Shown one piece after another: positions 1 through 8,847 of a stretch of DNA of 53,365 bases; the stretch's first letter is position 1; every line of letters begins with the position of its first letter. The stretch is from Minisyncoccota bacterium (GTDB taxonomy: Bacteria; Patescibacteriota; Minisyncoccia; Phycocordibacterales; UBA2100), in the NCBI GenBank assembly GCA_036517335.1, contig DATDWX010000020.1:1-53365 (forward strand), in the 5' to 3' direction. The notes beneath the pieces are model-generated. The model searched no databases. It was not told the origin of the DNA and was given only the letters and a program-made list of their open reading frames with translations. The position numbers and the translations under genes were made by a program.

Positions 1-35
1 ACTGATTCTCTCGGGCGCGCGAGTACGCGCGTCCT

Positions 36-120
36 CGCCCCCGCCCCGCCGCACTCTCTCCCATGCACATCTATTTCGCGGGGGTTTTTGAAGAATTGAA
101 TGGGCGGCGGGGCGGGGGCG
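36..120. repeat. Perfect 17-bp all-G/C inverted repeat bracketing 51 nt, just 5' of mod
   Basis: 36-52 CGCCCCCGCCCCGCCGC is the exact reverse complement of 104-120 GCGGCGGGGCGGGGGCG. The right arm ends 23 nt before the mod ATG at 144. Confidence 0.9.
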
Positions 121-143
121 GTTTGGGGTATACTGGATTCCAA

Positions 144-2210
144 ATGGACAAAGAGCGAAGGCAAAAAATATACGATTTGTTAAAGCGAGGACTCAAACTG
201 GCCGAAAGCGGCGAGGAGCTTCCGGCAGAATGGGCACGCGAACTTTTTCCACCAGAGCGACAGGAGTACGAACTCGTCTATAACGGCAAGGCGAGCGAAG
301 AGCAAATCCTCGCCGACACGATGGCGGTACCATTTCAGCCCGTTAGCACATTCGGACAAAATGGTGTTGATTGGCAGAATAAACTCATTTTCGGCGATAA
401 CCTTCAAGCATTGAAAACGCTTTTGAAAATGAAACACGATGGCGAGTTAGTAAATGCCGATGGTACACCAGGTGTTCGGCTCGTCTATATTGATCCGCCA
501 TTTTCGACAAAAAGAGATTTTCGCGGAAGCCAAGATCAAAAGGCTTACCAGGATAAAATTGCTGGCGCGATGTTCTTAGAGTTTCTACGCAAGAGACTCG
601 TTCTATTGAAAGAATTACTGTCGAGTGATGGAAATATTTTTGTACATATTGACCAGCGTAAAGGTCATTATGTAAAGGTTTTGATGGATGAGATCTTTGG
701 GGAACAATTTTTTACAAATGAAATTATTTGGAAAAGAACATTTTCTCATGGTGACATGGGGCAAGGCGCTCAGCACTTAGGAAGACTCCATGATGTAATT
801 TTACTTTATCGGAAATCTCCAACTACAAAACTGAACTCTGTTTATACTCCATATAGCAAAAAGTATCTTGAGGATTTTTATAAATATTCCGACCCTGACG
901 GTCGAGTGTATCGGTTAGTATCGCTTTTGGGGCCGGGCGGACAAGCAAAAGGAAACCCTTATTATGAATTTATGGGAGTAAAACGCTACTGGGTGTATTC
1001 CGAGAAGAAAATGCAAGAATTGTTCAACAAAGGTTTGATAGTTCAAAACAAATCCGGTTCGGTGCCTCAAAAAAAGAGATATTTGGATGAATCTGAGGGA
1101 GTTTCGCTTCAAGATATTTGGATAGATATTCCGCCAGTACAAGGAGGAGCTCGAGAGAAGACCGACTACCCAACTCAGAAACCCGAACAACTATTAGCAA
1201 GAATAGTCGAGGTGGCTTCACAAGAGGGTGATATTGTTCTGGACGCTTTTGCGGGATCCGGTACAACTTGTGCAGTCGCGGAAAAGCTGAAGCGAAGATG
1301 GATTGGTATTGACTGTGGCAAGCTCGCTATATATACCACTCAGAAACGCATGCTGACTTTACATTCAGAAATTGGAAATTCGGGGAAAGCTCATGTCATA
1401 AAGCCATTTACGCTTTACAACGCTGGTCTATACGATTTTGAAACCTTGCGACAATTACCATGGGAAGGATGGCGCTCTATCGCGCTGCAGCTTTTTGAGT
1501 GTAAGGATGCGCCACATAAAATTCGGGGTTTCCAAATGGATGGAAAACGCCAAGGATCAAGTGTGTTTGTATTTGACCATTTCAACAAAGGAACAATAAG
1601 CCGAGAGACAATTGCTGATTTACACGCGAGTATTGGAAAGCAAGTCGGTGAGCGGTGTTTTATTATCGCTCCACGCGGTGCATTTCTCTTTCAGGAAGAT
1701 TACATCGAGATGGATAATGTTCGGTATTACGCGCTTCGTATTCCGTATTCTTACATTAATGAATTACATCGCCGAGAGTTTTCTGCACTCATTCAGCCGA
1801 GCGATGAAATGGCGGTAAATGAAACTGTGGAGGCCGTCGGGTTCGACTTTATCCAACCGCCTATTGTTGAGCTCGAAATAAAAGCGCGGGGGGCAAACGT
1901 ATTACTCAAAATCAGAAATTTTGGAAGTCGCGCCCGCCTAAAAGGTAAGGAGAAAATCGGTAAGCACGAGGCACTTTCAATGGTCATGGTTGATTTTAAT
2001 TATGATGGCGAGGTGTTTGACCTAGATAGAGTATTCTATGCGGTTGCTCTCAAAGACAATGGATGGAAGATCGAATTTCCTCGCCAGGACGTTGTCGGTG
2101 ATGTGATGTTGGTATTTTTGGATATATACGGCAACGAATCCCGCATGGTAATTGAAAGAATAAAATTAGCACAAAGCTCGAAACCAACGGGCAAGCGGGT
2201 AAAGAAATAA
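144..2210 (+). CDS. mod: Type III restriction-modification DNA methyltransferase (Mod), beta-class N6A/N4C
   Basis: Motif IV VYIDPPFS lies upstream of motif I DAFAGSGTTCAVA (beta-class order). ~690 aa, followed 3 nt later by a Res-type helicase-nuclease. The track ORF starts at 63, but codons 1-27 lie in the G/C inverted repeat, so ATG 144 (MDKERRQKIY) is preferred. Start uncertain. Confidence 0.85.
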   Translation: MDKERRQKIYDLLKRGLKLAESGEELPAEWARELFPPERQEYELVYNGKASEEQILADTMAVPFQPVSTFGQNGVDWQNKLIFGDNLQALKTLLKMKHDGELVNADGTPGVRLVYIDPPFSTKRDFRGSQDQKAYQDKIAGAMFLEFLRKRLVLLKELLSSDGNIFVHIDQRKGHYVKVLMDEIFGEQFFTNEIIWKRTFSHGDMGQGAQHLGRLHDVILLYRKSPTTKLNSVYTPYSKKYLEDFYKYSDPDGRVYRLVSLLGPGGQAKGNPYYEFMGVKRYWVYSEKKMQELFNKGLIVQNKSGSVPQKKRYLDESEGVSLQDIWIDIPPVQGGAREKTDYPTQKPEQLLARIVEVASQEGDIVLDAFAGSGTTCAVAEKLKRRWIGIDCGKLAIYTTQKRMLTLHSEIGNSGKAHVIKPFTLYNAGLYDFETLRQLPWEGWRSIALQLFECKDAPHKIRGFQMDGKRQGSSVFVFDHFNKGTISRETIADLHASIGKQVGERCFIIAPRGAFLFQEDYIEMDNVRYYALRIPYSYINELHRREFSALIQPSDEMAVNETVEAVGFDFIQPPIVELEIKARGANVLLKIRNFGSRARLKGKEKIGKHEALSMVMVDFNYDGEVFDLDRVFYAVALKDNGWKIEFPRQDVVGDVMLVFLDIYGNESRMVIERIKLAQSSKPTGKRVKK

Positions 2211-2212
2211 TT

Positions 2213-4729
2213 ATGTCAAGACGAACAAGCACCGGAATACAACGCTTTCATAATGAAAACCTCGTGCTTGAGGTAAGTGCGTCTGTGGATCGTCGGAAAT
2301 GGGATGAGAGTAAATACGAGCCATTTATAGATGAGTTATGCGGCACACGAGAATATCAAAAGGATGCAATCCGAGTCGCACTCCGGTATCTTTTGGGTGG
2401 AGAATATCGCAATTTGAGAGAGATCGCGGCAAAAAACTTTTCAAGCAATGAGGTATTGCGAGACAGATATGGAAGTAGCGAGAGCATGGAAAGAAATTTG
2501 CAGTTTCCGAACCAACTTTCGGCCTCACTTGATTTGGCGACAGGCACAGGCAAAAGCTATGTGATGTATGGCATTGCAGCGGTCATGCTCGCTGAAGGAG
2601 CAGTTGATCGCGTGCTTTTGCTTTGCCCATCAACAACAATTGAAGACGGCCTTTTGGAGAAATTTGAGGCATTGGCGGGAAATGCCGATTTGCGCGATCT
2701 TCTTCCGACCAGCGCGGTTGTGAACGCTCCTCGGATTATCAACGCGAGCGAAAGTATTGTTTCGGGAAGCATTTGTATTGAAAATTATCACGCAATTCTT
2801 GCTCATGTGCGCTCGTCTATTCGCGATAGCTTGCTTGGCAAAGGTGAACGAACGCTCATTCTCAACGACGAAGCACACCATGTTGCAAATGCGCCGACTG
2901 GCGAAGCCGGACGTTGGAAAAGTTTTTTGACAGATTCAGATTTTGGTTTTCGCTATATCATTGGCGTTTCCGGAACTTGCTATATTGGTAACGATTACTT
3001 TTCTGACGTAATTTACCGCTACTCTTTGCGTCAGGCGATGGAGCAGAGATTCGTAAAAAAAGTCCAGTACATAGCTGAAATGACCCGGACTAACCGGCCG
3101 GAAGAAGAAAAGTGGCAATTGGTACTTAATCGACACGAAGAAATCAGGCGTAAGCTCCGCCCGCACAAATTGCGCCCCCTTACAATCGTTATCACGCGCG
3201 ATATTCGCGGGTGTAAAGATGTTGCGGATAAGCTTAAGGCATTTTTAATGGAGCAAGCAGGTAAAAGCCCTGAGCAAATTGATGAACAAGTGCTTGTCAT
3301 CCATAGTGACGCACCCGATCTTGCACGCTTACCCAGCGTAAATAATGCGAATAGTAAAGTTGAATGGATTTTGTCCGTTTCTATGCTCAATGAAGGCTGG
3401 GATGTGAAGCGGGTATTTCAGATCGTACCTCACGAGAAAAAAGCGTTTGAAAGCAAGTTGCTCATCGCACAAGTGCTCGGTCGCGGTTTGCGAATACCAG
3501 ACAAGTGGACCGGTGAACAACCCGAGGTTACAGTTTTTAATCACGACAACTGGGCCGAGGATATTCGGCATCTTGTCTATGAAGTGATGGAATTTGAGAA
3601 ACGCATCCCGACCTTTCCGCTTCCTGAATCAGAGTTTAATTTTGAATTGATAAACATTGAGTACGACCCGAAAGCGTATGTTGAAACCTACCCAATGGAT
3701 AGTAAATATAAACTGTTCGCAAGAGGATATGTTGATCTTTCAACGGAAAAGCAGGTTGAGGAAGTAAAAATTGAGTTTGAAGAAGCCGATACTGGAGTGC
3801 GCACGCAGTGGAAAACTAAAATAAAACATAAGACCTACACTCCACGCGAAGTCGCTGAGGTTATGTATCAACGATTTGAGGATTTGTTAGAAGATGAAGA
3901 TAGAAAATATTACTCCAAACAATTTCCGGTTGAAAAACTTGAGGAAATAATCAAAAAATCACTTCGGGAGACTGACAACAAGGTGATAACCGACAGCATA
4001 CGACAAAAATTCCTACAGTCGCTTGGTACGCTTCAGCGTAAAGCGGCGCAAGTGGTGAGGTATGATTTCGAGCCAAAAAATTATTTTGCTGTTCTCACGA
4101 GCAGTCGCCCGCAAGAAACCGCCAGCGCATCGGAATTGAAAGGGGCAAAAACGCTCTACCTCACTGCGGCAACAGCGGAAAGTATGCCGGACGAGTACAA
4201 GGAATTTTATGACGAAGCAACCGAAAGTGGCAGCGGGTTCAAGTGTGTGCCAATCAGCAATCATTACGATTTCAAAACGCCGCTCAACGCCGTTATTGCG
4301 GATCACGAAAATGAGCGCCGATTTGTGAAAGAATTAATCAGTACGGATAACTTGTCACAGATTGACGCTTGGATAAAATCAACACCGATGGGATTTTACG
4401 AGATTGATTACTTCTGGAAAAAAGGAGAACACCCAAAACGTGGCAGGTTCAATCCCGATTTTTTCATCAAAACCGGCAAACTCATTTTGGTCGTTGAAAT
4501 AAAAGATGATGAGGAGATAAATGACCCATCGCCGGAGAACAAAAAGAAGTACGAATACGCTTTTGTACACTTTGACCGGATTAACGCGCATTTGAAAAAG
4601 AAGCGAGCGGGAATCAACTACAAATTCAATTTTCTTACGCCATCCGATTTCAGTAGTTATTTCCAAAGTATCAGAGACGGAAGCATTGTGAATTTCCGCT
4701 CAGCGTTGGATGTTGAACTGGGAAAATAA
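2213..4729 (+). CDS. res: Type III restriction endonuclease Res subunit (SF2 helicase + PD-(D/E)xK nuclease)
   Basis: Walker A LATGTGKSYV and motif II LNDEAHHV (DEAH). C-terminal nuclease-like NPDFF...VVEIKDD. 838 aa, immediately downstream of mod. Confidence 0.85.
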   Translation: MSRRTSTGIQRFHNENLVLEVSASVDRRKWDESKYEPFIDELCGTREYQKDAIRVALRYLLGGEYRNLREIAAKNFSSNEVLRDRYGSSESMERNLQFPNQLSASLDLATGTGKSYVMYGIAAVMLAEGAVDRVLLLCPSTTIEDGLLEKFEALAGNADLRDLLPTSAVVNAPRIINASESIVSGSICIENYHAILAHVRSSIRDSLLGKGERTLILNDEAHHVANAPTGEAGRWKSFLTDSDFGFRYIIGVSGTCYIGNDYFSDVIYRYSLRQAMEQRFVKKVQYIAEMTRTNRPEEEKWQLVLNRHEEIRRKLRPHKLRPLTIVITRDIRGCKDVADKLKAFLMEQAGKSPEQIDEQVLVIHSDAPDLARLPSVNNANSKVEWILSVSMLNEGWDVKRVFQIVPHEKKAFESKLLIAQVLGRGLRIPDKWTGEQPEVTVFNHDNWAEDIRHLVYEVMEFEKRIPTFPLPESEFNFELINIEYDPKAYVETYPMDSKYKLFARGYVDLSTEKQVEEVKIEFEEADTGVRTQWKTKIKHKTYTPREVAEVMYQRFEDLLEDEDRKYYSKQFPVEKLEEIIKKSLRETDNKVITDSIRQKFLQSLGTLQRKAAQVVRYDFEPKNYFAVLTSSRPQETASASELKGAKTLYLTAATAESMPDEYKEFYDEATESGSGFKCVPISNHYDFKTPLNAVIADHENERRFVKELISTDNLSQIDAWIKSTPMGFYEIDYFWKKGEHPKRGRFNPDFFIKTGKLILVVEIKDDEEINDPSPENKKKYEYAFVHFDRINAHLKKKRAGINYKFNFLTPSDFSSYFQSIRDGSIVNFRSALDVELGK

Positions 4730-4796
4730 GTAAGCCATCGGCAAGTATCCACCGCGCTGATCCGATGCGCCGCTTGTTCGATGTACAATCGTTGCT

Positions 4797-4967
4797 ATGG
4801 GATGGATCCTTTTGCTTGCTGGACTATTCTGTTTTTTGCTCGTGCTCGGTGTCATTCTCGGCAAAGACCCGTTTTCGTTCGCGATAGGCGGAGTAGTGGT
4901 GCTGGGCGCTATCTGCTTTGCCGCTTTCGTACTCATTATCGGATGGGCGCTGCTCGGCTCGCATTGA
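4797..4967 (+). CDS. Micro-ORF, 56-aa two-helix hydrophobic peptide (below the track cut-off)
   Basis: Hand translation: MGWILLLAGLFCFLLVLGVILGKDPFSFAIGGVVVLGAICFAAFVLIIGWALLGSH. TACAAT (4784-4789) lies 7 nt upstream of the ATG and there is no SD. Confidence 0.35.
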   Translation: MGWILLLAGLFCFLLVLGVILGKDPFSFAIGGVVVLGAICFAAFVLIIGWALLGSH

Positions 4968-4968
4968 T

Positions 4969-5097
4969 ATGGACGAGGAGATCCTCCGTCTGATGGTGGA
5001 ACACGAAATCGACAAAGACACCGCCGAGCATGTGCAGGAGCTCATTGACGAGGGGATTGAGGAGGACGATGCGGTTGAACTTGCCGAGGAGCTATAA
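4969..5097 (+). CDS. Micro-ORF, 42-aa highly acidic peptide, coupled to the preceding micro-ORF
   Basis: The ATG starts 1 nt after the TGA of the 56-aa ORF. Translation: MDEEILRLMVEHEIDKDTAEHVQELIDEGIEEDDAVELAEEL. Confidence 0.3.
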   Translation: MDEEILRLMVEHEIDKDTAEHVQELIDEGIEEDDAVELAEEL

Positions 5098-5119
5098 CAT
5101 CTCTTACGAAGGTGAGTTT

Positions 5120-5410
5120 TTACTTCAAAAGTCCTAACCCTCTCCAGAGTTCGTCTTCATTGATTCCGGCTCTCACTAAATTCTTAAAGATCTTCATCTT
5201 CATTTGTTTAGACATGTCTGCGTATACGGTTGTAACGAACCCTTTGAAATCAGCAGGATCGAAGCCTGGGCGTCTCACGGCATAATGTGAGCCGCTGGAA
5301 AGATTAGTCACTAGGAAACCGACTTTTTGGACTGCTTTAATAAAGTCATCGCGTGAGGCCTTGTCTATCTGCTGGATCAGGCCTTTACGTTTTATCAGCT
5401 CATCAGCCAT
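5120..5410 (-). CDS. HicA-like toxin (putative mRNA interferase)
   Basis: 96 aa. The core KVGFLVTNLSSGSHYAVRRPG resembles the HicA GSH-containing dsRBD-like fold. Lies 33 nt downstream of a HicB-like gene. Confidence 0.45.
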   Translation of the reverse strand: MADELIKRKGLIQQIDKASRDDFIKAVQKVGFLVTNLSSGSHYAVRRPGFDPADFKGFVTTVYADMSKQMKMKIFKNLVRAGINEDELWRGLGLLK

Positions 5411-5443
5411 AGTTATCAGCGATAAGCCGATCCTACCAAGAGA

Positions 5444-5845
5444 CTACGCGGCAACTCTTTCACCTCCGGCCACTGTATACAAGGCGGTTACCTGCTCGCT
5501 ATTGTAGACTTTCACTGTTTTTGAAGTCTCAACATTAAAGGTTGTACGGATCGCTTCTTGCACGTTGTGATTTATTTCATCATCTGAAGGATTCGGGTTT
5601 TTACCTCCCGTGAGTATTCCCTCAATTTCCACACACTCTGCCGTCCAACCGTCAGCATCTTTGTGAACCTTGAAACGCAAAACGCCTCCGACTTTCCGGA
5701 TTTCATCATTCATTATTTGAACAGCGCGAGCATCCTTTGCAGCCTCATCCCTGCCAAAGATATTCCGCAATTTTCCTTGCAACATAGTATAGTTCGACGC
5801 CAGATTCAAAGTAATCTTACCTCGCTTTTTGACGTGGAGGGGCAT
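5444..5845 (-). CDS. HicB/UPF0150-like antitoxin domain protein
   Basis: LRFKVHKDADGWTAECVEIEGILTGGKNP matches the HicB N-terminal pattern (DGGYxAxxPxLPGxxTxG). No obvious DNA-binding tail. Start uncertain. Confidence 0.55.
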   Translation of the reverse strand: MPLHVKKRGKITLNLASNYTMLQGKLRNIFGRDEAAKDARAVQIMNDEIRKVGGVLRFKVHKDADGWTAECVEIEGILTGGKNPNPSDDEINHNVQEAIRTTFNVETSKTVKVYNSEQVTALYTVAGGERVAA

Positions 5846-5890
5846 TTTAGCACGGGCTGGGGGAAAACGATGGAAGACCCGCTCCTAACG

Positions 5891-6145
5891 TTAGCGGCTA
5901 GTCCGCGCTTTTTTAACGTCTTTCTGCCGTTCAGCGTCGTACTCGAACAGCCGCATTCGCGCCTCGCGCGATAGCGATTGAGTGAAATGATGCGCCGCGC
6001 CCAAGACACCGCTCCTATCATGCTTGCTCCATTCCTCGGATAATTCTTTCCCCGAGCGCTGGTCATTCTGCATGAGAACTATTCTAACAAAGAGATCGGC
6101 TCGGGCACGCGGGGCCAGAGCCGATCGTCGCGGACGGTAGGCCAT
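5891..6145 (-). CDS. Hypothetical protein (84 aa), high-G+C islet
   Basis: ATG lies 4 nt after the stop of the upstream Cys-rich ORF (the track starts it one TTG codon earlier). No recognisable motif. Confidence 0.35.
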   Translation of the reverse strand: MAYRPRRSALAPRARADLFVRIVLMQNDQRSGKELSEEWSKHDRSGVLGAAHHFTQSLSREARMRLFEYDAERQKDVKKARTSR

Positions 6146-6149
6146 CAAA

Positions 6150-6398
6150 TCAAGACCTACTCATAGAGACGCGTGCCGTTATGCACTGCAGGTGGCAGAA
6201 CGGATACCAGCCCGGCGATCCGCCGTCTTGATGCTGAGCCCAGCACCAGTAAACCTTGTTGGCTGAGCATCTGTCGCCGCAACCGCAAAAAATCATCTCT
6301 CCTGCATTTTTCGGCACCTCCTTCACGGTAATGGGGCGCAGGGAAGAGAGCAGATTTTCGAAATCGAGACTCTCGAGTGTGCACGGAACTGACGTCAT
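6150..6398 (-). CDS. Small Cys-rich protein (82 aa, 7 Cys), putative metal-binding
   Basis: SD GGAGG lies 6 nt upstream of the internal ATG (MTSVPCTLES...). Contains FCGCGDRC and FCHLQC clusters. A perfect minus-strand TATAAT (6496-6491) lies ~90 nt upstream. Confidence 0.45.
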   Translation of the reverse strand: MTSVPCTLESLDFENLLSSLRPITVKEVPKNAGEMIFCGCGDRCSANKVYWCWAQHQDGGSPGWYPFCHLQCITARVSMSRS

Positions 6399-6511
6399 GA
6401 ACCACCTCCCCAAAAAGAGCTCGCTTCACAGCCCGCTCCGCAGCAGGCGACAAGATATTCGCGGAATCGCCTATCCAGTATCAGGGTAGCATTATATTTG
6501 TGTAGCTTGGT

Positions 6512-6546
6512 ACCAATAAAAGGATAGCCCCGCCGAAGCGGAGCTA
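6512..6546 (-). terminator. Intrinsic terminator after the 154-aa ORF
   Basis: Minus strand reads TAGCTCCGC-TTCG-GCGGGGCTA followed by TCCTTTTATT. This is a 9-bp stem with one mismatch and a UUCG loop. Confidence 0.7.
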
Positions 6547-6611
6547 TATCGGGTGCACACGGCTGCCAGTGTCTCGGGTGTGGATCAATCCTTTCCGCTC
6601 CGTCACATGAT

Positions 6612-7076
6612 CTACTCGCCCTCCTCTTGGAAGAGAAGACCAAGCACTGGATCTTGCGTCTTGACGTAAAGAGCGAGCAGAAGCTTTGCGCCGACCGATC
6701 CTGCCGCCGCGGCTCCCTGCCAGCGGTCCAACCATTCGCCGAGCGTCTTGACCGCACGGCTCACCTGGCCGATCGCACGTGCGTCGAGATAGACGGTCTC
6801 GTTGTATGCGGCGAATTCCGGAGCAGCGTAATCTCGCTTCGTATTTGCAGAGCGGTGCGTTCGCACTCGGTATGCGCGTCGCGCATCTTTATGCGCCTGC
6901 TGACGAGCATAGTTGTGCTCAAGCGCGAAACTATGCAGTTCGTCGAGCGACGCGTACCGGTACTGCGCACGAAGGTGTCTCGGAACATCGACGACGCCGA
7001 TGGGAGCGCCCTCTTCGTTGAACTCGATGTACACCAAGGGATGCCGCGAAAGCGGCTCGTAACGGCGGAATGCCAT
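6612..7076 (-). CDS. Hypothetical protein (154 aa), high-G+C islet
   Basis: SD AGGAGA lies 6 nt upstream of the internal ATG (MAFRRYEPLSRHPLVYIEF...). The 144 upstream codons of track ORF 6612..7508 look non-coding. Has its own terminator. Confidence 0.55.
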   Translation of the reverse strand: MAFRRYEPLSRHPLVYIEFNEEGAPIGVVDVPRHLRAQYRYASLDELHSFALEHNYARQQAHKDARRAYRVRTHRSANTKRDYAAPEFAAYNETVYLDARAIGQVSRAVKTLGEWLDRWQGAAAAGSVGAKLLLALYVKTQDPVLGLLFQEEGE

Positions 7077-7214
7077 GGCTGATCTCCTGTAAAACCCACG
7101 GCACCATACACCGGCATGTACGCAAAGACAATGAGCGTGCTGGCATTTATCTGAAAATCGTGGTATGGTACTTGCGGATAAGAGTGAACACCCAGCAACT
7201 GAAGGAACAGCAAC

Positions 7215-7346
7215 ATGATGTCCCGTCTTGAGTATGCCGGTGGCCTGTTTGCCGGTGGAAGTTACGCGTTCGTTGCCGCCGCACTGCTGTGTGCGGCATT
7301 CGTCGCGTCGGTGCATGCCGCTGCCGATGCAGTGCTCAGCTTCTAA
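7215..7346 (+). CDS. Micro-ORF, 43-aa hydrophobic peptide
   Basis: GAAGGAA lies upstream of ATGATG. Translation: MMSRLEYAGGLFAGGSYAFVAAALLCAAFVASVHAAADAVLSF. Confidence 0.25.
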   Translation: MMSRLEYAGGLFAGGSYAFVAAALLCAAFVASVHAAADAVLSF

Positions 7347-7585
7347 ATCGTAGAGCAGAAATGGCACACCTGCTACATCCTCAGGACTTTCAGGTCCGTG
7401 ACGCCGTCGTCGATGGATGGACACCCGGACAAAAAAAGTTCTTGATGAGTTCGGCTTTAATACGGCTCTATGCAAGATCGAAGTCGACGAAACCCGCTTT
7501 CTCCTCATCTCGCAGAAGGGGAAAAACTTGTCGTTCGGATGTACGCCCGAGTTCTGGAGGCCAACCTCTTAAAGGAGCAGGAATC

Positions 7586-7741
7586 ATGGCATTCAACTCG
7601 GAAGACGGATGGCCGTGCGCTTGTCCGCGCAAGCTGCCGGTTTCTCCCGACGATTGGGAAAACGGCGACCTGTGCCCGCACTGCCAGATGCCGCTCATTG
7701 ATCCCGACTACTACGAGCCGCAGCCGCTCGCGTACCATTAG
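7586..7741 (+). CDS. Small zinc-ribbon-like protein (51 aa)
   Basis: SD AAGGAG lies 8 nt upstream. MAFNSEDGWPCACPRK...DLCPHCQMPL carries a CxC...CxxC arrangement. Confidence 0.4.
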   Translation: MAFNSEDGWPCACPRKLPVSPDDWENGDLCPHCQMPLIDPDYYEPQPLAYH

Positions 7742-7820
7742 CTCACGCCGAACCTTTCACCGTCCCCATCCTCGCGCTGGGGGCGGTTTCTCTTTGCTGC
7801 ACAGCTGATATCCTTTCCAC

Positions 7821-8108
7821 ATGCGCGAAGAGTTCACTCACAGAAAAGCGAAGCTTGAGGGCGAGACTGGCGATCATTTCAATAATCTCTACGACGAAGA
7901 CGAAGACCGCGCAGGGCAAAAAATCAACGAGGCAACCGGTAAGCGAATCAACAACACTCCCGTTGTCAGTGGGATGGATGAACAACTCACTGTGCAAAAA
8001 ATCAAGCGTGGAAGGAGTGAGGATGTACTGGGAAAATTATCGGAGAAGAATGATGCGGCAGCCCGGTGGCTCCGCGAACACGGAGACGATACGCAGGAGG
8101 CGGCCTGA
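7821..8108 (+). CDS. Hypothetical charged protein (95 aa)
   Basis: Open frame with plausible hydrophilic composition. No SD and no recognised motif. Confidence 0.35.
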   Translation: MREEFTHRKAKLEGETGDHFNNLYDEDEDRAGQKINEATGKRINNTPVVSGMDEQLTVQKIKRGRSEDVLGKLSEKNDAAARWLREHGDDTQEAA

Positions 8109-8240
8109 TTTACTATTCGCGACTTTTCCAAAATAGCCTTGCGAAAAACGCTCCCAATTGATACGGTTCAAAAGGAACGCCAAGCACAGCGTCTTGGCTT
8201 GTTCTGGCAATCCTGCCATTTGACACAAAGAGGTAGCACA

Positions 8241-8618
8241 ATGCCATTCGATGACATGCCAGCGATTGCGCAGCGGAGCGCAACGAAGCTTGTGAACCCG
8301 ACCCGCAACGACCTGCTCATTCTCGCCGCCGAGCAGCTCGAACGGAATCCCGACCTGATGTACCGGCCGCTCTACAACGTCGAGGGCACCGACGACGGGA
8401 TGCTGCGAACCCAAATCACGACCGGTACCGTGCTCGAACCCATCGTCGGCGCAATCTTGCCGTACCGCGAGGTCAGCAACACCGTCGGCAGCCTGATGAG
8501 CGCACTCGATCTGACGAAGGGCGACGTGCACCAGGTCGCCTGCTACTGCCACCACGGCGCTGGGGGAGCCAAGGCCGCAATCGTCGCGCAGCGCCTCCGG
8601 GCTATCGCCGCCAAGTAG
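8241..8618 (+). CDS. Hypothetical protein (125 aa)
   Basis: Internal ATG (MPFDDMPAIAQRS...) preferred over the track start at 8139. Followed by a strong terminator. Confidence 0.45.
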   Translation: MPFDDMPAIAQRSATKLVNPTRNDLLILAAEQLERNPDLMYRPLYNVEGTDDGMLRTQITTGTVLEPIVGAILPYREVSNTVGSLMSALDLTKGDVHQVACYCHHGAGGAKAAIVAQRLRAIAAK

Positions 8619-8640
8619 GCCGCGTCCCGGCCTAACCGAA

Positions 8641-8699
8641 GCCGCCCGTCGCGGAGATCCACACGGATCTTCTGCGACGAGGCGGTCTTTCTATTTTTT
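8641..8699 (+). terminator. Long imperfect hairpin plus T-tract
   Basis: GCCGCCCGTCGCGGAGATCC-ACAC-GGATCTTCTGCGACGAGGCGGT followed by CTTTCTATTTTTT. Confidence 0.75.
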
Positions 8700-8819
8700 G
8701 CTTGCTGTGGGCCTCTGGGGCGCGAGCATTACCGCCGCCTTATGGGTTCCCTTATAGCCCCTGAAAACCCTTGTGTTTCCTCGCCGTCGCAGGTTCTGAC
8801 ATCGACCAACATACGCAGT

Positions 8820-8847
8820 TTGAGATAGGTTATCGCGCTCGAGTCGC
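8820..8847 (+). repeat. 28-nt direct repeat, copy 1 (upstream of the ATPase)
   Basis: TTGAGATAGGTTATCGCGCTCGAGTCGC. Differs at 1 of 28 positions from the copy at 11729-11756. Confidence 0.9.

Noticed and set aside
36-120. The 17-bp inverted repeat as the ends of an invertible promoter switch for phase-variable mod.
   Set aside because: The enclosed segment is only 51 bp, too short for recombinase-mediated inversion, and no recombinase gene is nearby. It was kept as a structural or regulatory oddity only.
63-143. N-terminal 27-codon extension of Mod (track start at 63).
   Set aside because: It encodes a Gly/Arg run derived from the G/C inverted repeat. The ATG at 144 gives a typical Mod N-terminus.
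6612-7508. The full 298-aa minus-strand ORF, and the 151-aa plus-strand ORF 6627..7082.
   Set aside because: The first 144 codons are R/H/C-rich with no coding character, and a strong SD precedes the internal ATG at 7076. The plus-strand ORF is a pure antisense shadow typical of G+C-rich DNA.
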